63,931 nt of DNA, filler included, from Octopus bimaculoides (GCF_001194135.2; 10 parts of 9 records of this genome joined end to end with filler, not necessarily neighbours in it), one strand, 5' to 3'; shown: positions 25,254-38,976, counted from the first letter of the whole stretch. Numbers and translations: made by a program. Notes: generated by a model from the letters alone, not told the origin.

Positions 25254-26340
25254 GTGAAAATCGTGGTATATTTACAAACATTGACGTACATGAGTTATAT
25301 TTTACTGAATGTTTGTGTACTTGCACGTGTATGCGTTTGAGAGAGCAAGAGAGGAAGAAGTAGAGGGAGGGGAAGAAAGGAATAAGAGTAGTTAAATGTT
25401 TTCTTATGATGGCTTCTCTTCACTGACTATTACTTCAATAGAAATCTACGGGTGCACATACGCACATAATAGAGAAAAATGAAACAAATATGGACGACTT
25501 GCTCCGAAACACCACCCAGTGGGGAACACTTCTCAAAAATAACCTGCAGTTGTTTCCTTCAAATTTCCTACATGCTCGAAATGTACATACATCAAGGTAC
25601 ATTTGTAGAAAATTTCACGAAAAAATATTCATTTTCCTGGACATTAAGAGGAATTTAAGTGGAATTTCTGAAAATTGTCAGACCACTCCCTGCCCAAACA
25701 CTTTCACCGAACATTTTTGTATATCCGGAATTTACATAATAAATAACATATGCAAAGAAAATTTCATAAAAAAATATTCATTTTTCTGAAAGTTATGACC
25801 TTCCAAATTCGTGGGGGTACAACTTTGTAGTTATGTCACATTGACAAACATGAGTTATATTTTTGTGAATGATTGTGTTTACTTGCACATGTATGCGTTT
25901 GAGAGAACGAGAGAGGAAGATGGAGAGAAAAGGAATAGAGAACGAGAGCAATGGGTATTTTGTTGTCACAGATCACGTATGTGTGGTTGTGTGTTTTTAC
26001 GTATCAATGTAATGAAAAATAGGTAAAGAATACTAAGAGGAAAATTTAATCTATGACTTTCTATGTATCCCTTTCTCTCTCTCTCTCTTTCTCTCTCTCT
26101 CTCCCTCTTTTACTCTTACTCTCTATATTATATGTTGAGCGCGTATGTAAGAACGCCGTTCCAGGTAGAAGGGAAGAAATATAAAAGTTGCTAGAAACAA
26201 CAGCCAAATCCTCCTTAAATCACACAAATTGAACCGAACTTTAAAAATCTAATTACTGAACTGGAAAGTTCACGTCGAGAAAATTCCATTGATGTAATAA
26301 TTTTAACGAAAAAGTGGAAAATGTGGATTTCTATAGATGC

Positions 26341-26391
<51 letters not shown>

Positions 26392-26439
26392 ACACACACA
26401 CACACACACTCACAAACTCAGCTATATAGATATAGATGA

Positions 26440-27147
26440 AGCACAAAAACAAAATGCCGATGGATCTAAAACTTACAGGAAATGCACAATGAAATCCTGT
26501 AAAACAAAAATCAAGAAATTTACTCCTGCATTTTTAATAAGCTAAATAAATTACGTCCAGGACTGTTCCCCCAAAACGTTGTGATGTATTTCGAATAAAT
26601 ACACATTGATTGCATTTTATCTGTGTTTACTAGTGTTTCCATCTCATGTAGTCTTTTCCATCTATCTCAAAATGTGTACAGAAAATATGTGAATGTGGCT
26701 TTAAGGAAAGATACCATCGTGATAATGAGTTTAGCATTGAAATCAGATGTTTTTTCAGCGCTAGCTTTTCTTCCTCTCGATGATGTAATTCATGGATTCG
26801 AAGATGTTCTAGATGATGAAGATCTTCCACAAGAACTGGTGTCCTAGTTTGAATTATCTTTCATAGGATGCGTGCGATGTGGAAGAATTAGACAACAAAG
26901 CATTTTCCATTTGTTTCCCATTGGTAGCTTGAATGTTCGCTTTAGGATAAAATCGGATATGCGTCGCACTAACAACCATTACAAGAGAGATCGCAACGCA
27001 CTAGAAGGTTCTTTAACTCGCACACATCCAAATGTATGGAAATTAATTACCGCATTGAAAAGGGAAGAACTCTTGTCACACATGAGAAAGGTTGGATTTG
27101 ATCAAGATGAGATTTGCGAGAACAAAAGAAAAAATGTAGAAAGCTGA
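26440..27147 (+). pseudogene. MULE (MuDR) transposase relic with FLYWCH-like N-terminal remnant, internally deleted
   Basis: QKQNADGSKTYRKCTMKSCK; CSLFHLSQNVYRK; SALAFLPLDDVIHGFE; RRTNN...THPNVWKLITALKREE. These match MULE motifs GCxFHxxQ, ALAFLP and RTNN...HPxIWK; stops and frameshifts present. Confidence 0.85.
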
Positions 27148-27619
27148 ATTTTTCACAAGCAATAGCTCATTACCTCCATCATTATTGAGCTTTTAGCAAT
27201 ATGTTTATGTTTAACTGTACTTTTTTCTAATATCGGTAGTGAAAATACCAGGAGAGGAATTGTCCGGCAGTCAAATTGCCGACTACCAATTTAATGGCAT
27301 GTCATGCATTATTTTTAATATTTCCAGTAGGCTACCGATGTCATTCAACACACTAACGCCGAAACACAGTAATGCACACGCAGGCAAACATAATATATAT
27401 TATATATAAGTATATAATATTCTCATAATGCAGGGAAAGGGTTGCATATTCAAAAACTTGCACACCACCTGGAAAACTACATTGCGTAGAACAATGTTAG
27501 TCATTGAAAATAAATATGCAACCATACACTTTCTCTTGTTGAATCAAAAGTTTTCAATTATATCTGTGATGCGTGCGTGTGCGCGTGCGTGTCTGCTTGT
27601 ATATATACATATGTATACA

Positions 27620-27677
<58 letters not shown>

Positions 27678-27937
27678 NNNNNNNNNNNNNNNNNNNNNNN
27701 NNNNNNNNNNNNNNNNNNNNNNNNNNNNNNNNNNNNNNNNNNNNNNNNNNNNNNNNNNNNNNNNNNNNNNNNNNNNNNNNNNNNNNNNNNNNNNNNNNNN
27801 NNNNNNNNNNNNNNNNNNNNNNNNNNNNNNNNNNNNNNNNNNNNNNNNNNNNNNNNNNNNNNNNNNNNNNNNNNNNNNNNNNNNNNNNNNNNNNNNNNNN
27901 NNNNNNNNNNNNATATATATATATATATATACTATTA

Positions 27938-28336
27938 TACTCTTACTTATTTCAGTCATTTCAGTGCGGCCATGCTGGAGCACCGCCTTTAGTCGAGGAA
28001 ATCGACCTGAGGACTTACTCTTTGTAAGCCTAGTACTTATTTTATCGGTCTCGCTTTCCGAACCGCTAGGCTACTGGGACATAAACGCACAAAGATCGGT
28101 TGTGAAGCGATGTTAGGGGGACAAACACAAACACACAAACACACACATATATATATATACATATGTACGACGGGCTTCTTTCAGTTTCCCTCTACCAAAT
28201 CAACTTACAAAGCTTTGGTCGGCTTTGGTAACAAGGCTATAGTAAAAGACACTTGCCCAAGGTGTCACACAGTGGGACTGAACCCGGAACCATGTGGTTG
28301 GTAAGCAAGGTACTTACCACACAGACACGCCTGCAC
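27938..28336 (-). mobile_element. SINE family A, full length
   Basis: Both halves separated by (CA)/(TA) microsatellite, reverse orientation. Confidence 0.85.
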
Positions 28337-28728
28337 ATATAGATATATATATGCATATACATACATACGTATATATATATATATATATATATATATACGG
28401 AGAGAGAGAGAGAGAGAGAGAAATATATATACATATATACAAATATATGTATACACACACACATATAGATATATATNNNNNNNNNNNNNNNNNNNNNNNN
28501 NNNNNNNNNNNNNNNNNNNNTTAATTAATTAANNNNNNNNNNNNNNNNNNNNNNNNNNNNNNNNNNNNNNNNNNNNATATATACATATATATATATATAT
28601 ATATGCATATGAATATATATGTATACAAACAAACACATACATATATGTATATAGTTATATAGAGGTATGTGTGTATGCATGTGTATGTGTATGTGTGTAT
28701 GTGTGTATGTACATATATTGTGTATACA

Positions 28729-28780
<52 letters not shown>

Positions 28781-28897
28781 TACATATGCATATATATATA
28801 TATATATATGTATCTATATATGTATATATATATGTATACATATATATGTGTATATATCTGTATCTATATATATGTATGCATATAATGTGTATGTATG

Positions 28898-28929
<32 letters not shown>

Positions 28930-29399
28930 NNNNNNNNNNTATATATATATATATATATACACATATATAAACTTATGTCTATCCATACATGTATACGTAC
29001 AAATATATACATATATGTATGTATATATATAAATACAAATATATATATAGATATAGGTACATATATGTGTTGTGTGTGTATGTGTACACACACACACTCA
29101 CACATACACATACACCCACATGTACAAAGAGAGGTAGGAAAATGGAAGTGCAGTGGAATCTATAACGAGTATGTTACAACAGTTTCGATATACAATAAAA
29201 ACCGGCAGTAAATAATTGATTTCAAGGCATAAGACTCCCCTTATGGAGAACATGCTGGCACATGCAAAGGCACACACACACACACATACACTGACATACA
29301 CTTTCTCACTCACACACACACATATACTGGTCTGTGTGTCTATGTGTCTTTGTAGACGTTTAACTCGTTTAAACATTCTGTAGTGTCATACAGATATCT

Positions 29400-29590
29400 G
29401 AGTGGATAAGAGCTGTGTGATAGCAAGCTTATTTTTTAACCTTATAGTTCTGGGTTCAGTCCCACTGTTTGGCATGTTGGGCAAGTGTCTGCTACTGTAG
29501 CCTCGGGCTGACCAAAGCCTTATGAACAGATTTGGTAGACGGAATTGGTAGATGGATTTGGTAGATGGAAACTGAAAGAAGCCTATCATA
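29400..29590 (+). mobile_element. SINE family A 5' half with internal duplication
   Basis: B-box GGTTCAGTCCC, core, and a duplicated GATTTGGTAGACGGAA motif. Confidence 0.75.
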
Positions 29591-29759
29591 TATATATATA
29601 TATATATGTAATAATTTTAAATTTGGATATACACCTTGTTTTATGCTGTTTAATGTCCACTCAAATTATTCAGTTATCTGATGTCAACAACAGTATGGAA
29701 GTATATGTCGTTTGCCTTCCCCCCCACCCTGGATCCAACGAAAAAATGCATATTTCCTA

Positions 29760-30165
29760 CACCAGACCAAAAAGTGCCGCCTGGTGTGGACCCTCCACCT
29801 CCAGCTATGCTAGTGCACCTAATTCCCTCATACGTAATCCCATGGATCACTATGTGTGTGGGGGTACAAATGGGGGAACCGCCAACTGCTCTTCCTGCAA
29901 CACCAAAGCTGAACTGGTGGGCAAGATCAAGGAGGGCTTTGAAGATCGTTCCAGGGACGCAGTGAGGAATGCATGTGCCAGGATCCAGAGCTGTCCTGAA
30001 GCCATAATGGAAGCTGAGAGTGGCTACTTTGAGTAAACTATTATTAGCCAGCCTCAATCTGATTGCCATTTTCTGATTTTTTGAAATACTTTTATTTTTG
30101 GATGGGATATTATTGTGTTTACTTTTCCTTTCGTGCAAACTGTCAAATTTAGCCCGAACACTATG
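29760..30165 (+). pseudogene. Tc1/mariner (maT/DD37D-like) transposase C-terminus plus 3' TIR
   Basis: APNSLIRNPMDHYVCG...CNTKAELVGKIKEGFED...RNACARIQSCPEAIMEAESGYFE* matches WPPNSPDLNPMDY...GGYFE; ends GTCAAATTTAGCCCGAACACTATG|TA. Confidence 0.8.
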
Positions 30166-31454
30166 TAGCTTTAACTCTCACTTACTGGAAGCAAAGCAGA
30201 TAATTCCAAAGCTGTTTATATCAAATGACAAAAATAAAAGACCAAAATCGAAATAAAGAAATAAAACAAAAATAAAACCCCCTTCACTTGTTGATGTATT
30301 CCTTAGAGAAATTTGAATTGTGGCTAAGCTTAGTTTCCTTGGCTCTTCAGCAATTTCTGTTTCATTATCTGGCTACAAGTTGTAAAGAGAAGCAAGAATA
30401 ATTTTCCCCAGAGCAAGCTTTTAATGAATACTGTCAGACAGGGAAGAGTTCAGCGGAGAAGATTGATCAGAGCTGGCTTTCAACCATAAACACAACCGAC
30501 AAGAGAACGACTGTCTGCAATCACATTCACAGATATTTCATTAAAACTCAAGTGTTTTACAATTAGAAGAAATATTTATGAATGTTGGCCAAATAAGACA
30601 CATTTAACGATTGCATGCAGAGCAGAAGCCGCGGAGCGGGAAGGGAGACGAGGAAGAGGAGGGGAGAGGAGAGAAGGTGAATGATGAAGACAATCATGAC
30701 GAAGAGGACAACAATGGTAATGATGAGTCAGACCGTTTCAGAAGTGAAGGCTATCAATATTCTCCGAGAAATAAGTGGCATTAACATATGCAGTGATTAA
30801 AACAGCTGCTGCTTTGTTCTACTCATCAGCATACATACATGGCAATGGCTAGTTCCTGGCTGGTTTTCGTGAAACAAATCATTTTCTGTATATAAGTCAT
30901 TACAGTTTAAAGTCAGGACAAGCGAACTGTCAGTAAGTGAATCATTCATATCGTCAGGTAATGTTCAACGGTGCTTTTACAAACATGCGAGAGTAAAATA
31001 TAATTGAAATACAATATCTCGCGAGATGACTTTTTATAGCGTTTTCAATAATTTTCAATGAATGTTGCTGATGTGTTTCTAATACATTCTTAATAACAAA
31101 ATCTGTTTATTCGTGTCATTCTGAAATTTGAAAGAGAGAGGGAGAGAGAGACAGGGAAAGAGTGGAGAGAGAGAGAGAGAGAGAGAGAGATATGAGAGAA
31201 GAGGAGAAAAGGAAGAGATGTGAGATACATTGCTGGCTGAGTTAATAGGAGACCAATGAACTGCCTGAATGGCTGGCTGCTTGACTCTAATTCATGGCTC
31301 AGCATTGAGTGATCATGGCAAATGATCAGTGAGTGTTGAACCATGAATTAACTTTTAATGGCGCAACTACCTGAGCAGTAAATGGCTGCACAGAGAGAGG
31401 CTATTCAGATATAATGCATAAAGACTAGAGATGCTCTTCAATCACGAATAGCCA

Positions 31455-31668
31455 TGGGATTGCAGAATCGTTAGCATTCCAGGCAAAATGCTTTGTGGTA
31501 TTTTGTCTATCTCTACATTCTGAGTTCAAATTCCGCCGAGGTCAATTTTGCCTTTCATCTCTATGGGGGTCAATAAATTAAGTACCAGTGAAACACTGGG
31601 GTTGATGTAATCGACTAGTCTCCTCTCGCCAAATTTCAGGCCTTGTACCTTTAGTAGAAAGGATTATT

Positions 31669-31670
<2 letters not shown>
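31455..31670 (+). mobile_element. SINE family B, full length with (ATT)n tail
   Basis: GCAGAATCGTTAGC head, GAGTTCAAATTCCGCCGAGGTC, AAGTACCAG, and AGAAAGGATTATTATT tail. Confidence 0.85.
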
Positions 31671-31703
<33 letters not shown>

Positions 31704-31903
31704 TTATTACCACTTTTACTCTTCTCCTCCTCCTGTTACTACAGGTAGTGTAGTGTGCTACTAGCATCAGCCAACAATAGTCACACTAATATCACCACAA
31801 CAACAACAACAGTAATGGAATAGAAACCAAAAACAACAACCGGAAAAGAGAAAGAAAAGCAGACCAGCTGAAACAGAAATATAACCCATCTTCACTGACT
31901 CCC

Positions 31904-31955
<52 letters not shown>

Positions 31956-33289
31956 TACATACGCACACACACACACACACAGAGGCATATAAACAAATTA
32001 TGGCTAAATTTAACCAATCCAAAAACCATTGTTGTCAGGATCTTTGGCATCACCAGACTTAATTTACAATAATTTTTTCTTTCTTTCTTTTTTAACTTCA
32101 TTATTTCCTTTCTTCTTTTTTTTTTGTACCATTTTTGGAAAGATATTCTTTAAANNNNNNNNNNNNNNNNNNNNNNNNNNNNNNNNNNNNNNNNNNNNNN
32201 NNNNNNNNNNNNNNNNNNNNNNNNNNNNNNNNNNNNNNNNNNNNNNNNNNNNNNNNNNNNNNNNNNNNNNNNNNNNNNNNNNNNNNNNNNNNNNNNNNNN
32301 NNNNNNNNNNNNNNNNNNNNNNNNNNNNNNNNNNNNNNNNNNNNNNNNNNNNNNNNNNNNNNNNNNNNNNNNNNNNNNNNNNNNNNNNNNNNNNNNNNNN
32401 NNNNNNNNNNNNNNNNNNNNNNNNNNNNNNNNNNNNNNNNNNNNNNNNNNNNNNNNNNNNNNNNNNNNNNNNNNNNNNNNNNNNNNNNNNNNNNNNNNNN
32501 NNNNNNNNNNNNNNNNNNNNNNNNNNNNNNNNNNNNNNNNNNNNNNNNNNNNNNNNNNNNNNNNNNNNNNNNNNNNNNNNNNNNNNNNNNNNNNNNNNNN
32601 NNNNNNNNNNNNNNNNNNNNNNNNNNNNNNNNNNNNNNNNNNNNNNNNNNNNNNNNNNNNNNNNNNNNNNNNNNNNNNNNNNNNNNNNNNNNNNNNNNNN
32701 NNNNNNNNNNNNNNNNNNNNNNNNNNNNNNNNNNNNNNNNNNNNNNNNNNNNNNNNNNNNNNNNNNNNNNNNNNNNNNNNNNNNNNNNNNNNNNNNNNNN
32801 NNNNNNNNNNNNNNNNNNNNNNNNNNNNNNNNNNNNNNNNNNNNNNNNNNNNNNNNNNNNNNNNNNNNNNNNNNNNNNNNNNNNNNNNNNNNNNNNNNNN
32901 NNNNNNNNNNNNNNNNNNNNNNNNNNNNNNNNNNNNNNNNNNNNNNNNNNNNNNNNNNNNNNNNNNNNNNNNNNNNNNNNNNNNNNNNNNNNNNNNNNNN
33001 NNNNNNNNNNNNNNNNNNNNNNNNNNNNNNNNNNNNNNNNNNNNNNNNNNNNNNNNNNNNNNNNNNNNNNNNNNNNNNNNNNNNNNNNNNNNNNNNNNNN
33101 NNNNNNGCATTTGACCAAAAAAATTAGGGGAATTATTGGGCACCTTTTGCCTTTTACATGTTTTGGTCATTGGACTGTGGCCATGCTGGGGCACCACCTT
33201 GAAAGGGATTTAGTTGAATAAATCAACCCCAGTATTTAATTATTTATTTTTTGGTTTGGAACTTGTTCTATTGGACGCTTTTGCGAAGC

Positions 33290-33680
33290 ATTTGCCTTTT
33301 CCATGGATAACATTGGTGGCATGGAGAGGGGTAGTTGGTATGCATGGGTGACTACTGGTCTTCCATAAACAACATTGTCTGGACTTGTGCCTCGGAGGGG
33401 AGCTTTCAAGGTGCAATCTCATGGTGAAGAGGCCTTTTTTTTATATATAATTTAATTATTAATAGACATAAAGACCCCCTTCGGTCATGACTGACCATGG
33501 GATTGCACCTGGAAAGTTACCCTCTAAGGCTCAAGTCCTGGCAAGGTTGTTTATGGAAGACCAGCAGTCACCCACGCATACTAGCCTTCCCTCTCCATGC
33601 CACCAGTGTTATCCAAGGGAAAGGCAAAGGCCGATACAGTTTGGCCTCACTGATATCACAACTCATCTCTACCGCAGAGT
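33290..33680. mobile_element. Inverted pair of dispersed repeat family C (33290-33425 and 33478-33680)
   Basis: Shared GGTCTTCCATAAACAAC / ACTTGTGCCTCGGAGGG motifs in opposite orientations; third copy at 57673-57833. Confidence 0.75.
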
Positions 33681-33730
33681 GTGTGTATGTGTGTGTGTGT
33701 GTATGTATATATATATATATATATATATAT

Positions 33731-34056
33731 GGTAAAGGCACGTGGCTTAGTGGTTAGGGCATTCGGCTCACGATCATAAGGTCATGAGTTCAATTCCTAG
33801 TAATGTGTTGTGTCTTTGAGCAAGACATTTTATTTCACGTTGCCCCAGTCCACTCAGCTGGCGAAAATGAGTAGTACCTGCATTTCAAAGGGCCAGCCTT
33901 GTTACACTCTGTGTCACGCTGAATCTCCCTGAGAACTACATTAAGGGTACACGTGTCTGTGGAATGCTCAGCCACTTGCACGTCAATTTCACGAGCAAGC
34001 TGTTCTGTTGATCATATCAGCAGGAACCCTTGTCGTCAGAACCAACAGAGTACTCC
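33731..34056 (+). mobile_element. tRNA-derived SINE family D, full length
   Basis: A-box TGGCTTAGTGG, B-box GAGTTCAATTCC, core GTGTCTTTGAGCAAGAC; second copy on minus strand at 47262-47576. Confidence 0.85.
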
Positions 34057-34791
34057 TTTTATATATATATATATATATATNNNNNNNNNNNNNNNNNNNN
34101 NNNNNNNNNNNNNNNNNNNNNNNNNNNNNNNNNNNNNNNNNNNNNNNNNNNNNNNNNNNNNNNNNNNNNNNNNNNNNNNNNNNNNNNNNNNNNNNNNNNN
34201 NNNNNNNNNNNNNNNNNNNNNNNNNNNNNNNNNNNNNNNNNNNNNNNNNNNNNNNNNNNNNNNNNNNNNNNNNNNNNNNNNNNNNNNNNNNNNNNNNNNN
34301 NNNNNNNNNNNNNNNNNNNNNNNNNNNNNNNNNNNNNNNNNNNNNNNNNNNNNNNNNNNNNNNNNNNNNNNNNNNNNNNNNNNNNNNNNNNNNNNNNNNN
34401 NNNNNNNNNNNNNNNNNNNNNNNNNNNNNNNNNNNNNNNNNNNNNNNNNNNNNNNNNNNNNNNNNNNNNNNNNNNNNNNNNNNNNNNNNNCATTATGTAA
34501 GATCCTCCTACCCCGCTCCACTGACGCCCTCTGCACGAAATAACAGCATGGGGACATTTTAATGAAAAAAAAATAAAGAAAGAAAGAAAAACAGGAAAAT
34601 TTTTTACAAATAACAAGGAATGTTCGTAGTGGTTGTAGTATAAGTACCAGGTTGGTGAGTCATCATTTCTTTTGTGTTAATTAGTCAAATTAATGAGCAG
34701 AGAAAGAAATAAAATAAATATAAAGGGAAAATGTAAATATAAAGCCCCACCAAAAAAAAAAAAAAAAAAAAAGCTCCAAACAGTTGCTTAC

Positions 34792-34949
34792 CATTTTCAT
34801 CCTCCACTTCCATAGGAGCCGTAAATATTCGGTTTGCAACACGCACCTTTCCTGGATTGTAATGGGGTCCATCGACTTTGCCTTCTTTGCATAATTTTCC
34901 AAGAATTTGGGTTGGTTTCATAGGATCACGCCAGACATTGTAACCAGAT
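34792..34949 (-). CDS. OTOF: Otoferlin internal coding exon (linker between C2E and C2F)
   Basis: 158-nt exon, acceptor TTTAATTACAG, donor GTAAGC; translates [53 protein letters not shown], closely matching recalled vertebrate otoferlin [53 protein letters not shown]. No other exon seen in this segment. Confidence 0.92.
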
Positions 34950-35021
34950 CTGTAATTAAATATTATTCACCGTTAGAAGTGTATAAGCCATCATTTGTTT
35001 GTTTGGATGTGAGTGCCTGTG

Positions 35022-35054
<33 letters not shown>

Positions 35055-35194
35055 ATGCGTGTGTGTGCGTGTATGTGTGCCTATGGATGTAAATATAGCT
35101 ATATAGATAAGTACTTGCACACATATATATGAATACAATACATTTTTGTGTACGGACATATACATTTATACATGCATATATCTTTGTGTTTATG

Positions 35195-35232
<38 letters not shown>

Positions 35233-35252
35233 CATATAAACANNNNNNNNNN

Positions 35253-35286
<34 letters not shown>

Positions 35287-35311
35287 CATATAAACATATA
35301 CACAAACATAT

Positions 35312-35446
35312 ATCATCATTGTCATCGTTTAACATCTGTTTTCCATGCTGGCATGGGTTGGATGGTTTGACAGGAGATGGTCTGCACCATTCTTGTGTCT
35401 GCTTTGGCATGGATTTTACAGCTGGATGCCCTTCCAAACATCAACC
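35312..35446 (-). mobile_element. LINE/SINE 3' end (RTE-like) with (GAT)n tail
   Basis: TCATCATTGTCATCGTTTAAC...CCATGCTGGCATGGGTTGG...ACAGCTGGATGCCCTTCC; superfamily assignment is from recall of the tail type. Confidence 0.5.
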
Positions 35447-35749
35447 ATATATATAACATGATATATAATATAACATATGTGTGTGGGGGTGTGTGAGTGT
35501 GTGTGTATAATTCTTTTTCTGAAAATCTCAAAGCACACATATAAAACTTCCAAATATTGGGTTGAAAATCTCTTTTGGACAGAAAAAAATCGAAGACTTA
35601 ACTATGTACTTCACAATGTTCCAAAAAAGAATTTCCATGTTCTGAAAGTTTATAAAATTCTTATGATATTAGCGATATAACTATATGTATGTGTGTTTTG
35701 TTATTTGTTATCTTTAGTGTTCAATTTGACTGTGTGTGTATATATATAT

Positions 35750-35792
<43 letters not shown>

Positions 35793-35798
<6 letters not shown>

Positions 35799-36350
35799 CT
35801 AAAATTTATAGTGTTAATTATCCATCACAGCTAGTCTTACCAGTCGGTTTCATATGAAATTACATAACGGAGTGTTAGGCAACAAACCATTTATATAATA
35901 TACACTCATCAGAGATAGCTGACATGGAAAGGGAAATGATGACTGCTCTCCACTGTTGGAGGTGGAAATGAGCACGACCGGTTGGTGTCTGCTGTGTAAA
36001 GGTGGTAGGATAAAAAATGTTCCAAGGGAATCAATTATGAGTTATGTCCCTTGGTTAAGTTTGCTGTTGAGTTGGCAAAAGGAAATTTTGAAGTGAGAAA
36101 AGGTTGTATTAAAATTGTGTGGTTTCTTTGCTGGGGGTGGGGTGCATGGTGCGTGTAAAGGATAAAGTTGTGCTCATTTCCACCTCCAACAATGGAGAGC
36201 AGTTGCCATTTCCCCTTCCATGTTGGCTATCTCTGACGAGCATATATTACATAACTGGTTTGTTGCCTAACACTCCATTATATAATTTCATGCGAAACCA
36301 ATCAGTAAGACCAGCCATGATGGATAATTAACTATAAAATTCAGACAATG
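35793..36350. mobile_element. 558-bp MITE with ~180-bp TIRs and TA TSD (Tc1/mariner/pogo type)
   Basis: TA|TATTGTCTAAAATTTATAG...CTATAAAATTCAGACAATG|TA; arms 35793-~35970 and ~36166-36350 are reverse complementary. Confidence 0.85.
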
Positions 36351-37148
36351 TACCCACTCTACTAGCAGTTATACGAGTGCATCTTCTTCCTGACTTATGG
36401 TCTCTTAGACGACTCACACACACACACATATATAAATATATATTGTTGATGTCATATCAATTTAGAAATATCGAGTGAGCATGAAATAATACTATTTTTT
36501 TAATGGGTTAACTCAAAGCAATGATGTAATTGACTAGCCCCCTCCCCTCAAATTTCAGGCCTTATTCTTATAGTAGATAGGATTATTAAGATGGTGTTTA
36601 TAATATAAATGAACATGAAATCTTGATAAAAGATTAGATGATAATTTAAACCACTTTAAAAAAAACTGTAAATTCATATCACAGAAGTAGGGGTAGTTTC
36701 AGATGGGTTGCCATCAAAAGGATTAGTATTTTAATAAATCACTAGCACTATTAGATAGCATTCTAGAACCATTCCATTCCTGAGATGGATTACCGAACCA
36801 AAAAAAAAAAAAAAAAATTCCAAAATTCAAAGGCAAAACAAAAAAATGGTATGGCACAAAAATAAATAAAAAAATGATGTCAATGTGAAGCAGATGCATG
36901 AGTGGAACCTCACACTCAACCCATACTTTAAAAAGCCAAGATTTGTGTCTGGTGCAGTTTCGGATCAACAATTTAAGGAAAGGAATCCATTTGTTATCCT
37001 GACATTGGCAACGTGAACTTAAAGGACTGAAAGGGCTGTATCTCAGTCGAGGGTAATTTGCATCAGTTAAAAAAATAATGAGATTTTCTCCAGATTTAAG
37101 CATGTGTGTGTGTGTGTGTGTATCAACATCTGTCTATCTATCTATCTA

Positions 37149-37196
<48 letters not shown>

Positions 37197-37208
37197 TGTA
37201 TATATATG

Positions 37209-37271
<63 letters not shown>

Positions 37272-37799
37272 ATGTGTGTACCCATGTATGCATCTATGTA
37301 TACATATAGATGTAGGTATGTACATATATGTATGGATATATGCATATATTTATATATTATTTATATATATATTTAATGTATATATACATATACATGTATA
37401 TGTGCATATGCACATATAGATATATGTATGTACATGTATACATTAGAATACATGTATGCACATGTATACTAATATATTTCTACACGCATTTCTGTCTTAA
37501 CACTAACGTAATGTCTTAACACTCAGCCACATTCATGTTTAGTTAGCCACAATACCTAGCTGTCAACAGTCTTTGGCCTCTCGAATGATAAATCATAGAA
37601 CAAACTCGATATTTGCCTCCCGACATCTATTTCTGCCTGCCCTGATTACTCTTGGGGAGGAAACAGAAAGAACCAAAGCAAAAAAAAAAATAATAATGAT
37701 AAATAAATAAATAAATAAAGAATTAACAAAGAAAAATGCAAAAATGAAGATTTGGATAAAAATTATTTCCATAGTTGTCTATTTTCAAAGATTCATAAT

Positions 37800-38160
37800 G
37801 GAAGAAGAAGAAGAAGAAGAAGAAGAAGAAGAAGAAGAAGAAGAAGAAGAAGAAGGAGGAGGAGGAGGAGAAGGAGGAGGAGGAGGAGGAGGAGAAGAAG
37901 AAGGAGGAGGAGCAGGAGGAGGAGCAGGAGGAGGGGAATGAAGGAGGAAGGGGAGGGGAAGGGCTGTGGTGGATACAATGAGAAGTAGTTGTAGGAGGAG
38001 GAAGAAGAGTAGGAGGTGAAGAATAGGCAGAAGAAGAGAAGAAAGAAGGAAAAGAACAACAAAAAGAGGAAGAAGGAGGAGGAGGAGAAGCAGCAGAGAA
38101 AGAATGCAGAAGAAGAAGAAGAAGAAGAAGAACTGGAAGAAGGAGAAGAGGAAGGAGAAA
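37800..38160. repeat. (GAA)n/(GGA)n purine-rich tract
   Basis: Visible; source of poly-E, poly-R and poly-L ORFs. Confidence 0.9.
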
Positions 38161-38820
38161 ATCCATTTCTTTTGGGAAAATATGTTGTAAAAGTTGTATC
38201 TGATTTAATAAACAAGAATGCAAAGAAATGGCATTAATAATAATAATAATATACAGGGAATTATCAGGTTTATATTTTCAAGGGAAATTCCTGCCTTGCT
38301 GTGATAAATATGGATTTTGGACTTCTTGGCACCAAAAGTGACAAAAAAATTGGAGTGAGATTAAATTGGTGAAGACTTACATACAAACTACATAAGACAG
38401 AATATATTCACAAGTGAATCCAGACTGTTTTGAATTAGGACTAAAGTACATTATCACGATGAATGGTACAAATTTTGAATGCTTAGTTAATTGTAAGATG
38501 TATATCAGAGCAAGATGATGTTTTCTGGCAGGAACAAAACAGACAAAATATATTATAATGAAGCAGTTGTGTTGAGAAGTAACTATAAAACTAGTGACTG
38601 AGAAGGTATTATAGTTGACAGTCCTGAAGATAATCAGTAAGAGTTTTAATAGCTGTTCATGATACAATCATTTATCTGCATTCCAATTGTCAGAGTCTGT
38701 TTGTGTGTGTGTGTGTGTGTTTTCCATGTACCTATTAATTAAGTTTAACAATGTTGTAAATGGTTTGTATGACATCAATCTCGTTCGTGATATTACAATT
38801 ATTAAAAAAAATTGTATGTA

Positions 38821-38976
38821 GGCGCAGGAGTGGCTGTGTGGTAAGAAGCTTGCTTTCCAGCCACATGGTTCTGGGCTCAGTCCCACAGCATGGCACTTTG
38901 GGGAAGTGTTTTCCACTGCAGGCCAACCGAAGCCTTGTGAGTGGATTTGGTAGACGGAAACTGAAAGAAGCTCATC

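Noticed and set aside
25003-27287. Full MULE boundaries with TIRs
   Set aside because: Only weak end similarity and no 9-bp TSD could be matched.
30906-30932. 27-nt microexon (FKVRTSELS) with GTAAGT donor
   Set aside because: Poor polypyrimidine tract; expected by chance without transcript data.
36723-37103. 126-aa minus-strand ORF as a further otoferlin exon
   Set aside because: No ferlin similarity in any frame examined.
37723-38237. Poly-E, poly-R and poly-L ORFs
   Set aside because: Translations of a (GAA)/(GGA) tract.
33731-38900. tRNA genes (A/B boxes at 33743 and 38830, and similar sites elsewhere)
   Set aside because: They are SINE heads; no cloverleaf acceptor stem, and they continue into SINE cores.
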